64,000 nt of DNA, taken from Chloroflexota bacterium (GTDB lineage Bacteria; Chloroflexota; UBA11872; VXOZ01). Of the stretch, positions 21,177 through 31,123 are shown piece after piece; position 1 is the stretch's first letter, and each line of letters starts with the position of its first letter. The position numbers and the translations under genes were made by a program. The notes under the pieces are model-generated. The model saw nothing but the letters and a program-made list of their open reading frames with translations, did no database searches and was not told where the DNA came from. The stretch is taken from contig CAXXVD010000001.1 in assembly GCA_963662335.2 (NCBI GenBank), positions 32,001 to 96,000 on the forward strand. Direction: 5' to 3'.

Positions 21177-23390
21177 TCATTGCCCTTCCGCCGCCAGTGC
21201 GTCCGCCACTCCATTTTGCCACGCCAAACGCGCACGCGCCAGTGGCACGGGCGCCGCGTCGCCCAGCAGCACGTCGGCGCCGCCGACGCGCCCGATGACC
21301 GTGCAGGGCACACCGCCTTCGCCGGCCGCCGCGGTCACCTCCGCCAGGTTTTCTTCAGGCAGGCTGACGACAATGCGCGATTGACTCTCGCCAAAGAGCA
21401 GTCCGTCCAAGCGCCCGCGGCCCGGCACGTCCGCCTGAAAGCCCAGGCCGCCCGCGATGGCGCTCTCGGCCAACGTGACGGCGAGGCCGCCTTGGGAGCA
21501 ATCGTGGGCGCTGCTGAGCAGACCGGCGCGGATGAGCCGGCGGCAGACGGCCTGCACCCGCGCTTCCACGTCCAGATCCAGTGGCGGCGCGCGGCCCGTC
21601 ACCGTGCCGTGGATGACGGCCAGATACTCGCTGCCGCCGCAATCATCGCTCTGCGGACCCAATAGCGCGATGAGGTCGCCTTCCTGCGTGAAGGCGAGCG
21701 TAGCGCTCCGCCGCACGTCGTCCAGCTTGCCCACCATGCCGACCATGGGCGTCGGATAGATGGCCTGGCCGCGCGTTTCGTTATAGAGGCTGACGTTGCC
21801 GCTCACGACCGGCACGTCCAGCGCCTCGCAGGCGGCGGCCATGCCGCGTATCACGCCTTCCAACTGGTAGTAGACGTCGCTCTTTTCCGGATTGCCGAAG
21901 TTGAGGCAGTTGGTAAGCGCCAGCGGCTCGGCGCCCACGCACGCCAGGTTGCGCGCCGCTTCCGCGACGGCAATCGCGCCGCCGGCAAACGGCTCGAGAT
22001 AGCAGTACCGTCCGTTGCCGTCAATGGTGACGGCCAGGCCCAGCGGCGTCCCTTTCACGCGCAAGACCGCCGCGTCTCCACCCGGCCCCTGCACAGTATT
22101 GACTTGGACGCTGTAGTCGTACTGCTGATAGACGCTCTCTTTGCTCGCAATGTTGGGACTGGCGAGCAGCGTCAGCAAGACTTCACCGTAATCCTGGGGC
22201 TTCGGCAGCGACTCCGGCTTGAAGGCGCGCGCCTGCCGCACATAGTCCGGTTCCGTGCCCTCGCGCACGTAGGTCGGCGCGTCGGCGAGCAGATGCGCGG
22301 GAATCTCCGCCGCCACCTCCGCGCCGTCGCGCACGCGCACCACGCCGTCGTCGGTGACGTGGCCGATCACGGTAGAGTGCAATCCCCAGCGCGTGAAGAT
22401 GGCCTCCACCTGCGCCTCCGCGCCCCGCCGCACGATCGCCAACATGCGCTCCTGGCTCTCGCTCAACATGATTTCGTAGGGGGTCATGCCCTCTTCGCGG
22501 CAGGGCACGCGGCTCACGTCGATATCCACGCCGCTCTCGCCCTTGTGCGCCGCTTCCACGGCGGAACTGGTCAGGCCGGCCGCGCCGAGGTCTTGCAACC
22601 CCACCAGGTGCTCGGTCTCGCCCAACTCCAGGCAAGCCTCGATGAGCAGTTTCTCCATGAAGGGATCGCCCACCTGCACCACACCACGGTGCGATAGCTC
22701 CGGATCGTCCAGCGAGGCAAACGACGCGCCGTGAATGCCGTCGCGGCCCGTTGCCGCGCCTACCAGCAGCAACGTATTGCCCGCGCCGCGCGCCCGGGCG
22801 CGAATGAGCTTCTCGTGGGGAATGAGGCCGACGCACATGGCGTTGACGAGCGGGTTGCCGCCGTAGCACGGCGCGAAATTCACCTCGCCGCCCACGTCCG
22901 GGATGCCGACGCAGTTGCCGTAGTGGCTGATGCCGCCGACGACGCCGTTGAAAAGGTAGCGGTTGCGCGCCTCTACGAGAGGCCCGAAGCGCAACGAATT
23001 GAGCAGCGCAATGGGACGCGCGCCCATGGTGAAGATGTCGCGCACGATGCCGCCGACGCCGGTGGCCGCGCCCTGGAACGGCTCCACCGCGCTGGGATGG
23101 TTGTGGCTCTCCACCTTGAAGACCACGGCCAGCCCGTGCCCGATGTCCACCGCCCCGGCGTTCTCCTCACCCGCGCCGATGAGGACGTGCGTGCCGGTGG
23201 TGGGCAACAGCTTCAGCAAGGGACGGGAGTTCTTGTAGCCGCAGTGCTCGCTCCACATCGCGCCGAACATGCCCAGTTCGACGCGGTTCGGCGCGCGGCC
23301 AAGTTGGGCGCAGATACGGTCGTACTCGCCGCGGGTGAGCGAGACTTCCCGCAGGTCGGCGTCGGTTAGGTGGCTAGCGGCTTGAGACAC
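21177..23390 (-). CDS. purL: FGAM synthase subunit PurL (small form)
   Basis: MWSEHCGYK, KVESHNHPS, GRDGIHGA, QDLGAAGL, SESQERM, SGNVSLYN; GTG start after GAGGAAG. Confidence 0.96.
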   Translation of the reverse strand: MSQAASHLTDADLREVSLTRGEYDRICAQLGRAPNRVELGMFGAMWSEHCGYKNSRPLLKLLPTTGTHVLIGAGEENAGAVDIGHGLAVVFKVESHNHPSAVEPFQGAATGVGGIVRDIFTMGARPIALLNSLRFGPLVEARNRYLFNGVVGGISHYGNCVGIPDVGGEVNFAPCYGGNPLVNAMCVGLIPHEKLIRARARGAGNTLLLVGAATGRDGIHGASFASLDDPELSHRGVVQVGDPFMEKLLIEACLELGETEHLVGLQDLGAAGLTSSAVEAAHKGESGVDIDVSRVPCREEGMTPYEIMLSESQERMLAIVRRGAEAQVEAIFTRWGLHSTVIGHVTDDGVVRVRDGAEVAAEIPAHLLADAPTYVREGTEPDYVRQARAFKPESLPKPQDYGEVLLTLLASPNIASKESVYQQYDYSVQVNTVQGPGGDAAVLRVKGTPLGLAVTIDGNGRYCYLEPFAGGAIAVAEAARNLACVGAEPLALTNCLNFGNPEKSDVYYQLEGVIRGMAAACEALDVPVVSGNVSLYNETRGQAIYPTPMVGMVGKLDDVRRSATLAFTQEGDLIALLGPQSDDCGGSEYLAVIHGTVTGRAPPLDLDVEARVQAVCRRLIRAGLLSSAHDCSQGGLAVTLAESAIAGGLGFQADVPGRGRLDGLLFGESQSRIVVSLPEENLAEVTAAAGEGGVPCTVIGRVGGADVLLGDAAPVPLARARLAWQNGVADALAAEGQ

Positions 23391-23516
23391 GCACTTCCTC
23401 TCGGCAGCAAAGTTCGCGGATCGGACGCCGGCATTGGCACAGTCTCTCCCTCTTTCGCAGGAGCACGGAAGATAGTCGGAGTATGCAGACGCGGCCCTCG
23501 GAAGATCCCAACTGCA

Positions 23517-23593
23517 TGTCATTCCGAGCGCAGCGAGGAATCTCGGGGCTCCCGCGCTATAGATTCTTCGTCGCTGCGCTCCTCAGAATGACA
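23517..23593. repeat. REP-like palindromic element, family A
   Basis: Arms identical to the 1661-1737 copy, different central spacer; lies between purQ and purL. Confidence 0.9.
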
Positions 23594-23657
23594 GTCCTGA
23601 TGACTGCTTCCCGCCTGTGTATAGGCAAAGTCGCGCAGAGTTACGCGCTGCGCGTAC

Positions 23658-24365
23658 CTATGCCCGCACCGGCGCGGGCGCAACCGCCGCGGCCAGCGCC
23701 TGCCACATGCCCAGTCCGTCGGAACTCCCAAGGAGCGGCTCCGCGCAGCGTTCCGGGTGCGGCATGAGGGCGAACACGTTGCCGGCCTCGTTGCAGACCC
23801 CGGCGATGTTGTCCACGGAGCCGTTGGGGTTTGCCGCCGGAGTGATCTCGCCCGCCGCGTCGCAGTAGCGCAGCGCGATCTGGCCCGCGTCCCGCATCCG
23901 GCTCAGTGTATCCGGGTCGGCCACGTAATTCCCGTCGCCGTGCGCGATCGGCATGCGCAGCACCTGCCCCGGGCGATACGCCGCCAGGAACGGCGACGCC
24001 GTGCTCTCCACGCGCACGTGCGCCCAGCGGCAGCGGAATTCCAGCGCCTGGTTCCGCAGCAACGCGCCGGGCACGAGACCGGCCTCGGCCAGAATCTGAA
24101 AGCCGTTGCAGATGCCGAGCACCAGCCCCCCGGCCCGCGCGAATCCGGTAACGGCCGCCATCACCGGCGAGAACCGCGCGATCGACCCGGACCGCAGGTA
24201 GTCGCCGTAGGAGAAGCCCCCCGGCAGCACGAGCGCGTCGTACGGCGCGAGATTGGTCTCCTGGTGCCAGACCAGATCCGCTTCTTGCCGCAGCACGGCG
24301 CGGGCAACGTGCAGGCAGTCGTAGTCGCAATTGGAGCCGGGGAACTGCACAATGCCAATGCTCAC
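23658..24365 (-). CDS. purQ: FGAM synthase glutaminase subunit PurQ
   Basis: [38 protein letters not shown]; GTGA overlap with purS. Confidence 0.96.
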   Translation of the reverse strand: MSIGIVQFPGSNCDYDCLHVARAVLRQEADLVWHQETNLAPYDALVLPGGFSYGDYLRSGSIARFSPVMAAVTGFARAGGLVLGICNGFQILAEAGLVPGALLRNQALEFRCRWAHVRVESTASPFLAAYRPGQVLRMPIAHGDGNYVADPDTLSRMRDAGQIALRYCDAAGEITPAANPNGSVDNIAGVCNEAGNVFALMPHPERCAEPLLGSSDGLGMWQALAAAVAPAPVRA

Positions 24366-24613
24366 GGCAGCGTCTCCAGATCGAAGCGGTAGCTCTCGAT
24401 GACCGGGTTGGCCAGGAGTTGGCGGCACATGGCATCCACTTCCGCGCGGGCGCGCTCCGTATCGTCGGTGCTCAGTTCCACCTCCAGGTACTTTCCCATC
24501 CGCACGGAGGCCACGTCCGCGAAGCCCAGGTGGTGCAGCGCGGTGCGGATGGTGTTCCCTTGCGGGTCGAGCACCGTCGGCTTATACGAAATATAGATGC
24601 GCGCCTTCGTCAC
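24362..24613 (-). CDS. purS: FGAM synthase subunit PurS
   Basis: [21 protein letters not shown]. Confidence 0.95.
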   Translation of the reverse strand: MTKARIYISYKPTVLDPQGNTIRTALHHLGFADVASVRMGKYLEVELSTDDTERARAEVDAMCRQLLANPVIESYRFDLETLP

Positions 24614-24675
24614 TGCCGCACAAACCCTATCTCAATCCTGCTGCCGGGACGCTTCACCGCGTCAGACCGCCGCGC

Positions 24676-27543
24676 CTACTCCTCGAGCTGCCGTTGCAGT
24701 TCATCCAGGAGTTGCTGGTTCAGGTTCAGTTGATCCTGCATTAACTGGTTCTGCCGCCGGAGCGCGTCGAGCAGTTCCTGAACCGGAGTTTGCTCTCCGC
24801 TAGGCGTGGCCGTGGCCGGCGGCGGGGTCAGTTGGCGCGGCGGCGGGGTGGCGCCGGCCTGCGGCGTGGCCGCCGGTTGCGCGGCCGCCGTCGGCGTCGG
24901 CAAGACTACGGGAGCGGGCGTGGGCGCTGGCGTCGGCGTGACCGTCCCTTGCGCGGCGCCGCCTTGCTGGGCAGGCGCGCCGCTGCCGGTGAAGAGCGCC
25001 TCCACGTCCGCGCCAAAGAGTTCCTGCAACCCTTGCAGCACGCTCTCCGCCATCACCACGTTGGAGCCGTTGGCGATGATCACGCGCTTGAGTTCCGGCA
25101 ATTGCCCCTGCTCGGATTGCAGATATATCGGCTCCACGTATAGGTTCGATTGGCCGATGGGCACCACGAGCAGATTGCCGCGAATCACCCGGGAACCGCC
25201 CTGCCCCCAGAGCGTGAACTGCTGCGAAATCGTGGTATCCTGGTCGGCCCGCGCTTCGATCTGCATCGGCCCGAAGATCAGCTTGTCCTTGGGATATTTG
25301 AACGCGAAGAGCGAGCCGTAGCCCTCGGGGTCGGAGCGCGCCGCCAGCCACGCCACCATGTTGTCCTTCTGAATTGGCGTGTACGGCATGATGAGGATGA
25401 ACTCCTCGCGCGGGAACTCCGGCAGCCGCATGATCACGTAGTAAGGCCGCACCGGCACCTGGCCGCCGCCGTAGAGTTCGCGCGGCCGCGAGAACGCATC
25501 CTCGCGGTTGTAGAAGATGTCCGGCTTCTGCATGTGGTAGAGCGAGTACAACTCCACCTGCACCTGGAAGAGAAACGCCGGATAGCGAATGTGCTGGAGA
25601 ATTGACGGCGGCATCTCGCTCAGCGGCTGGAAGAGGTCCGGGAAGGCTTTCGAATACGCCTGCAGAATCGGTTCATCTTCCTCCACCGCGTAGAGGCGCA
25701 CGCTACCGTCGTACGCGTTTACGGTCGCCTTGACGCTATTGCGAATGTAGTTGAACGCGCCGGCCAACGGCTGCGAGTAGGGATAGCGGTTGGTGAACGT
25801 GTAGGCGTCCACGATCCAGAAGAGTTGGCCGTCGGCAACGACAATATACGGGTCCTGGTCGATGACGAGAAACGGCGCTACCGTCGCGACGCGCTCGCGC
25901 ACGTGGCGGCGGTAGAGAATCTGGCTCTCGGGTGTCAGGTCGTCGGAGAGCAGGATATTCACGTCTTTGAGGTACCAGGCGTACAGCAGCTTGCGCAGAT
26001 ACGTCCCAACGCCCACGCCGGTGCGCGACTGGTAGGTCGAGCGCACGTTGTCGTCGCCGCTGGGGTAGTCGATTTCCTGTATGCGCGCATTGACGATCAC
26101 ATAGTCTATCGTCTTTTCACCGTAGTAGATCTCCGGCCGGTTGACCTCCATGATCCCCGTGGGCGGCACGTCCTTGAGGAAGAACGCCGGCAACCCTTCG
26201 GGCGATACCTCGTTCACCGGGCTCATCACCACACCGTAGCCGTGGGTGAACTGGAGCCTGCGGTTCACCCAGGTCTGGGCCGAACCCGGCAGTTTCTCAG
26301 GGGAAAGTTCACGCGCGCCGACCATCACCTGGCGGTATTCACCGTCCACGTAATAGCGGTCCACGTCGGCGTCGAGGATGTCGTAGTAGAGCCGGATGCT
26401 CTGCACCTGGTTGTACGTGATGAGCAGCGGCTCCGGGTCCCACAGGCGGAAGTTGCGCACGGTGAGCGGGTTGCCCAGCAACTCTTCCTGCGTTACGGCG
26501 GACTCGCCCGGATGCTCCTGTTCCACGATGCGGTTGAGACCGTACGCTTCTCGCGTGAACTCGATGTTGTTCTCGATGTATGGGCGCTCTCGCTCCAACT
26601 CATTCGGCTGCACGTCGAAGCGATGCGCCAGGCCGGGATAGGCCCAGCCGCCCACCACGAGCACGAGGAGCCACAGGCCGATACCGCCAATGGGCAGCCA
26701 GCGCTGGTTGAACGCCGCGCCAATGAGAAGGGCGACGGCGGCAATCACGGCCAAGACGATAAGCGCCTGCTGCACCGGCTGCATGATGGTGGCGTCGATG
26801 TAACTCGCGCCATAGGCGGCGCCCCGCGTGGAGAATTCCAGCGTGTGCAGGCTGAGCCAGTGGCTCCACCCTATCAATAGCAGCACGAAGAAGCCGAGCA
26901 CGGCGAGATGAATGCGAATTGGCGGCCCGGCGACGATGCTGCGGGGAATCTCCCGCCGCTCACCCTCGTCGTCTTCCGGCGAGATCATGTAGGGCAGCAC
27001 CAGGCGGAAACCGTAGGCAAAGACCGCCACGACCACTACCACGATGAAGGCGCGGAAGAGCCAGCCCTGCGCGAATTCCAGCAGCGGAAGCGTGAAGACG
27101 AAGAAGGAAAGGTCACGCTCGAAAAGCGGGTCAGTAATGCCAAACGGGATGAGATTCTGGGCGCGCAGCACCGTATTCCACTGCCCGGCGGCCAGCAGCC
27201 CGAACAAAACGGACGCGACCACACCGACAATGCCGGATATTATGCGGGAAACCAGTTCCGTCCGCCGCGCTGAGTTCGAGAGGAAGTCCTCGCCGGTGTT
27301 GTACGCTTGGCGCGCCACGATCTTGCGCACTAAGGCCATATTGCCAAAGTACAGCACGCCAAAACCGATCAAGCCGCCGGCAAACAAACCGACTTGCAAG
27401 GTGATGATGCGGGAAAAGACATCCGTGCGCCCAAGGCTTTCGTACCACAGCCAATCGGCGATGATATTCGGCACCACGAGCACCAGCGCGATGAAGACGA
27501 CGATGCCAACGAATACGCCGCCAATCACAGTGTTGCGCTGCAT
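24676..27543 (-). CDS. UPF0182 family membrane protein
   Basis: DWLWY, DPLF..D.SFFVF, RLWD, DVDRY, FTHGYG, YIRNSVK, GNLL, YVEPIY; Pro/Thr-rich tail. Confidence 0.92.
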   Translation of the reverse strand: MQRNTVIGGVFVGIVVFIALVLVVPNIIADWLWYESLGRTDVFSRIITLQVGLFAGGLIGFGVLYFGNMALVRKIVARQAYNTGEDFLSNSARRTELVSRIISGIVGVVASVLFGLLAAGQWNTVLRAQNLIPFGITDPLFERDLSFFVFTLPLLEFAQGWLFRAFIVVVVVAVFAYGFRLVLPYMISPEDDEGERREIPRSIVAGPPIRIHLAVLGFFVLLLIGWSHWLSLHTLEFSTRGAAYGASYIDATIMQPVQQALIVLAVIAAVALLIGAAFNQRWLPIGGIGLWLLVLVVGGWAYPGLAHRFDVQPNELERERPYIENNIEFTREAYGLNRIVEQEHPGESAVTQEELLGNPLTVRNFRLWDPEPLLITYNQVQSIRLYYDILDADVDRYYVDGEYRQVMVGARELSPEKLPGSAQTWVNRRLQFTHGYGVVMSPVNEVSPEGLPAFFLKDVPPTGIMEVNRPEIYYGEKTIDYVIVNARIQEIDYPSGDDNVRSTYQSRTGVGVGTYLRKLLYAWYLKDVNILLSDDLTPESQILYRRHVRERVATVAPFLVIDQDPYIVVADGQLFWIVDAYTFTNRYPYSQPLAGAFNYIRNSVKATVNAYDGSVRLYAVEEDEPILQAYSKAFPDLFQPLSEMPPSILQHIRYPAFLFQVQVELYSLYHMQKPDIFYNREDAFSRPRELYGGGQVPVRPYYVIMRLPEFPREEFILIMPYTPIQKDNMVAWLAARSDPEGYGSLFAFKYPKDKLIFGPMQIEARADQDTTISQQFTLWGQGGSRVIRGNLLVVPIGQSNLYVEPIYLQSEQGQLPELKRVIIANGSNVVMAESVLQGLQELFGADVEALFTGSGAPAQQGGAAQGTVTPTPAPTPAPVVLPTPTAAAQPAATPQAGATPPPRQLTPPPATATPSGEQTPVQELLDALRRQNQLMQDQLNLNQQLLDELQRQLEE

Positions 27544-27688
27544 GGGTTGTCCTCACAATCTGCGTCGCGAAGCGGTTGATACGGCGCGCCGCGTGGCGGC
27601 GCGGCGAAAAGCGGCGCACTACCCACATGCTCGCTCGGCACGCTGATAGTGCGCCTCAGTCCATCGCTCGGATTCGCCACTCTCGGCG

Positions 27689-29509
27689 CTATTGAGAATC
27701 AGAGTCTTTTGCCGTTGCCTCGCCGGAATCCGCCTGACCGTCGCTCGCGCCGGCCGGGTCGCCATTCTGGCCGGGCGCGTCCGCCGGCCCGTTCTCGCGT
27801 TGACCGAGGGCCAGCCCCCCGGCGTAGCCGGTAAGCGCGGCCACGCCCACGGGTTCGCGCTGCGGCCGGTGCGCCTCGATGATGTCTTTCACCTCTTCGC
27901 CGTGCAACTCCAATTGCTCCAGGAGGCGCTCGGCAATCACGTGCACCTCGTCGGCGTGTTCCGCCAAAAGTTGCTTAACTTCGCGGTACTGTTCGTCCAG
28001 CAGCGACTCGATGCGGCGCTTGGTGTCCGGGTCGATGCCGCCCAAGCCGGTAGGCATGGCCAGGTAGGAATAGAAGCTATTGCCCATGCCAAAGTAGCCG
28101 AAGTACCCCATCGCCAGGCGCGTGGCCTGCTGCAAGTCGGAGGTCACGCCGGTAAGGCCGGTGCCCAGGAAGAGTTCCTCCGCGGCGCGGCTGGCCAGGG
28201 CCACTTTGATTTCCGAGAGGATTTCTTCCCGTGTCTGCGTGTACCGCTCCTCCAGCGGCGTGCTCGCGGCCAGACCCAGCGCGCGGCCGTAGCGGATGAT
28301 CGTCACCTTATAGAGCTTGTTCTCCGGCTGGAGCAAGGCCATGGCGATGGCGTGACCGGTCTCGTGGTAGGCCAGCCGCCGCCGTTCCCGTTCGCTCATG
28401 CTGCGGATTGGCTGGCGCAGGCCCCACTCGTTGGTCTCGCGCGCCTCGCTGAAGTCCTTGTACGAGATGTAGTCCCGGCCCTCGAAGTGCGCCACCACGG
28501 CCGCCTCGTTGATGAGGTACTTGATGCTCACCGGCGTATAGCTCACCGTATCGGCGGCAATCTTATCGATGTCGATGTCCGGGTCGTGCCGCACCTTGTC
28601 CAGGTAGTACTGGATGACGTCCTTGCGGCCGTCGAAGTCGGGCGCGTCGATGGTAATCTTGCGGTCGAAGCGGCCGGGGCGGAGCAGGGCCTGATCCAGC
28701 ACCTCGGCGATGTTCGTCGCGCCAATCGTGAGCACCACGGGCTGTATCGCCTTGCCGCGGCGCAGACCCAAGCGGCGCAGAATGCGCGCCTTCATACTGG
28801 TATCCACGTTGGGTGGGTCCATCTCCAGCAGCAGCGTGTTGAGCATGCCCATGCCGCCGCCGAACATGCCGCCCATCGCACCCATGCCGCCGCCCATTTG
28901 CGACGTGCGGGCGGTGCCTACCGCGTCGATTTCGTCGATGAAGATGATGGCGGAGCCATACTTCCGCGCCAGCCGCCGCGCCTTGCCGTAGAGCATCATG
29001 ATGCGCAGGTTGCCCACGCCCATGAACATGTTCTGAAAACCGGGCGCGGAGGCGTACGCAAACGGCACGCCGGCCTCGGTGGCAATCGCTTGCGCCAGGT
29101 ACGTCTTACCCGTACCCGGCGGGCCAATGAGCAACAGGCCGCGCGAGACCTCGCCGCCCATGCGCTTGAAGTCGCGCACGCCCCGCAGCAGGGTCACAAT
29201 GCGCGCGGATACTTCCAGCACCTGTTCGTTGCCGCGATAGTCCTTGAAGGAAATGCCGGTCTCGCCGCCGGGCATGATCCAGTAGACTCGGCCGCGTCCC
29301 AGGAACCAGAAGAGCGCCACGAACTGGATGAGTACGAAGAGAATGGCGAAAGCAAGCTGGAAGAGGGTGGCAAAGATGAGGAAGAGGATTTGCAGGACAT
29401 TGCCCGCGCCAAAGGTGGCGACAGACCACCAGAAACCGAGCGCGACCACTACCCACAGCAGGATGCCGCGCCAATGCCGACCGATGAACCCTAGCACTCC
29501 GCCAATCAT
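27689..29509 (-). CDS. FtsH-like membrane AAA+ zinc metalloprotease paralog
   Basis: Two N-terminal TMs, GPPGTGKT, IIFIDEID, ALLRPGRFDR, YHETGHA, AAEE, SDL. Confidence 0.88.
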   Translation of the reverse strand: MIGGVLGFIGRHWRGILLWVVVALGFWWSVATFGAGNVLQILFLIFATLFQLAFAILFVLIQFVALFWFLGRGRVYWIMPGGETGISFKDYRGNEQVLEVSARIVTLLRGVRDFKRMGGEVSRGLLLIGPPGTGKTYLAQAIATEAGVPFAYASAPGFQNMFMGVGNLRIMMLYGKARRLARKYGSAIIFIDEIDAVGTARTSQMGGGMGAMGGMFGGGMGMLNTLLLEMDPPNVDTSMKARILRRLGLRRGKAIQPVVLTIGATNIAEVLDQALLRPGRFDRKITIDAPDFDGRKDVIQYYLDKVRHDPDIDIDKIAADTVSYTPVSIKYLINEAAVVAHFEGRDYISYKDFSEARETNEWGLRQPIRSMSERERRRLAYHETGHAIAMALLQPENKLYKVTIIRYGRALGLAASTPLEERYTQTREEILSEIKVALASRAAEELFLGTGLTGVTSDLQQATRLAMGYFGYFGMGNSFYSYLAMPTGLGGIDPDTKRRIESLLDEQYREVKQLLAEHADEVHVIAERLLEQLELHGEEVKDIIEAHRPQREPVGVAALTGYAGGLALGQRENGPADAPGQNGDPAGASDGQADSGEATAKDSDSQ

Positions 29510-29627
29510 AGTCTCACCGTGCCTTCCATGCGCTACGAGGACCGGTTGCCACTACTGTACCACGTTTCGCGCCGCGCACGTCCGCGCCCACCAAACCGCG
29601 CGCATGCTCGAGCGTCTATTGCCACCC

Positions 29628-29636
29628 ATTATAGCA
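29628..29636 (-). promoter_or_regulatory. Extended -10 promoter element (TGnTATAAT) upstream of the FtsH-like gene
   Basis: Minus-strand TGCTATAAT about 120 bp upstream of the start codon. Confidence 0.55.
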
Positions 29637-29841
29637 CGCGGTATCGAGGCAGTAGCCGCTAGCTTCTCGACAACCTTAAGAATTGCATAAGAGTCTCGCA
29701 TTTGCCGCGTTGCCGTCCGCCGCTGGGCGTTGCCGCGCGGTAGCTTCCGCCCTCGTGGGCGCGGTATAGTGGGTGCGCGTGTGCGGCGCGGCAGTCCGCA
29801 AGCGCGCGCAAGCTGTGAGGCAGGCGCGTGAGGAGACTTGC

Positions 29842-30600
29842 ATGACGGTCGCTAAGTCCCAGATTCGCGCGGGACTGCAAGCGCTTGGCGTTGTATCCGG
29901 CGACCTGCTGCTCGTCCATAGTTCCCTGCGCAGCTTTGGCTACGTGGACGGCGGCGCCGAGGCGGTGCTCGACGCGCTCTTGGAAGCGGTAGGCGAGAGC
30001 GGCACGGTGCTCGTCCCCACGCTCACCTTCTCGATTCTCAAGTCCCGCCCGCACTTCTTCTCCGTCAGGAGCACGCCGTCATCATCGGGACGGATAACGG
30101 AGACGCTGCGCCAACGCGCCGCGGCCCGCCGCAGCCGCCATCCCGTCTCGTCAGCCGCCGCCATCGGCGCGCAGGCGGCTTACCTGACCGCCGCGCACGC
30201 TGACACGCCCTGCGGCCCGGATTCGCCCTACTACCGCCTCTATGAGCGCGGCGGCAAGGTCGTCTTCTTTGGCGCGTCGCTCGGTTCCAATTCGGTCTTC
30301 CACTGCGCCGAGGAGATCGCGCAACCCGCCTACTTGGGCTACGCCGCGATTGAGGCCGCCATCGTGGAAGAGGCCAACGGCCGCAGACGCACCGTCACCG
30401 CCCGCCGCTACGACTGCTTCGATCGCGGCGTAATCCGCCACTTGGGCAACATGGAGCCGGTATTCCGCGAGCGCGGACTCCTGCGGCGCACCGTAATTGG
30501 GGAAAGCCGCACGTACCTCATAGACGCCCAAACCAACGTGGACGTCTCTTGTGAAGTCTTGAAGACCAACCCTCACTACATCCTCTCCCCACTACCCTAG
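29842..30600 (+). CDS. AAC(3)/YokD family N-acetyltransferase
   Basis: GDLLLVHSSL, GTVLVPT, RSRHP, GPDSP, FHCAE; GAGGAG RBS. Confidence 0.85.
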   Translation: MTVAKSQIRAGLQALGVVSGDLLLVHSSLRSFGYVDGGAEAVLDALLEAVGESGTVLVPTLTFSILKSRPHFFSVRSTPSSSGRITETLRQRAAARRSRHPVSSAAAIGAQAAYLTAAHADTPCGPDSPYYRLYERGGKVVFFGASLGSNSVFHCAEEIAQPAYLGYAAIEAAIVEEANGRRRTVTARRYDCFDRGVIRHLGNMEPVFRERGLLRRTVIGESRTYLIDAQTNVDVSCEVLKTNPHYILSPLP

Positions 30601-30729
30601 CTGGGCCTCCGCCTACCCCATAGCCAGCAGCCAGAGCGTCTCCCTTTTTACTGGGGAGAGAGGCCAAAGCGTGCAGTGTGCTCTCCTGGCACGCGATCGC
30701 AGGAGAATTCGCCGCTTGCTGTTTACCCA

Positions 30730-30889
30730 GGCGGGGGACAAGCCCTAATGCTGTCGCACTAAACAGAACGACAGCAGAACTCGCGTTTAGAATCTCCGGT
30801 AGCGCAGGCTTGTAACCTGCGAAGCTGTTAGGTCAATCCTGTGCGTGCCAGTTTGAATAGCTCCGGCGGGGGACAAGCCCCCGCGCTAC
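30730..30889. repeat. Cluster of GTAG-tagged REP-like palindromes
   Basis: Partial GGCGGGGGACAAGCCC at 30730; GTAGCGCAGGCTTGTAACCTGCG at 30799; GGCGGGGGACAAGCCCCCGCGCTAC at 30865, identical to 62868-62892. Confidence 0.8.
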
Positions 30890-30978
30890 ATCAATGCGAC
30901 GGCATTGCAGGTGAGAGGGTAAGACTCCGTTAGCGCGGCGCATTGACGCCGGTCTGCCACACGTACACCGCAACCACC

Positions 30979-31032
30979 GCACACCATCTTGCGCCACCGG
31001 CGCTTCATGGAAACTACATACTGTGGTATAGT
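30979..31032 (+). promoter_or_regulatory. Tandem NrdR-box-like operators overlapping an extended -10 element
   Basis: GCACACCATCTTGCGC (30979) and AAACTACATACTGTGG (31011), 32 bp apart, resemble consensus acaCwAtATaTwGtgt; TGGTATAGT at 31024-31032. Confidence 0.65.
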
Positions 31033-31123
31033 ACATTCAGAGTCCGGTGAGCGGCGCTCTTCCGCTTGGCGGGCAGGATTCGCCGAGTGGGACGGAACGA
31101 GAGAAGCCAACGGAGGTATACGC

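Noticed and set aside
17139-24675. ZTP or purine riboswitch in the pur operon spacers
   Set aside because: No consensus seen; spacers are short or occupied by a REP
27692-29494. 600-aa plus-strand ORF antisense to the FtsH-like gene
   Set aside because: Codon-aligned shadow of a high-GC gene with no recognisable motifs; the same applies to 53489-54976, 3754-5847, 18790-20202 and 52065-53684
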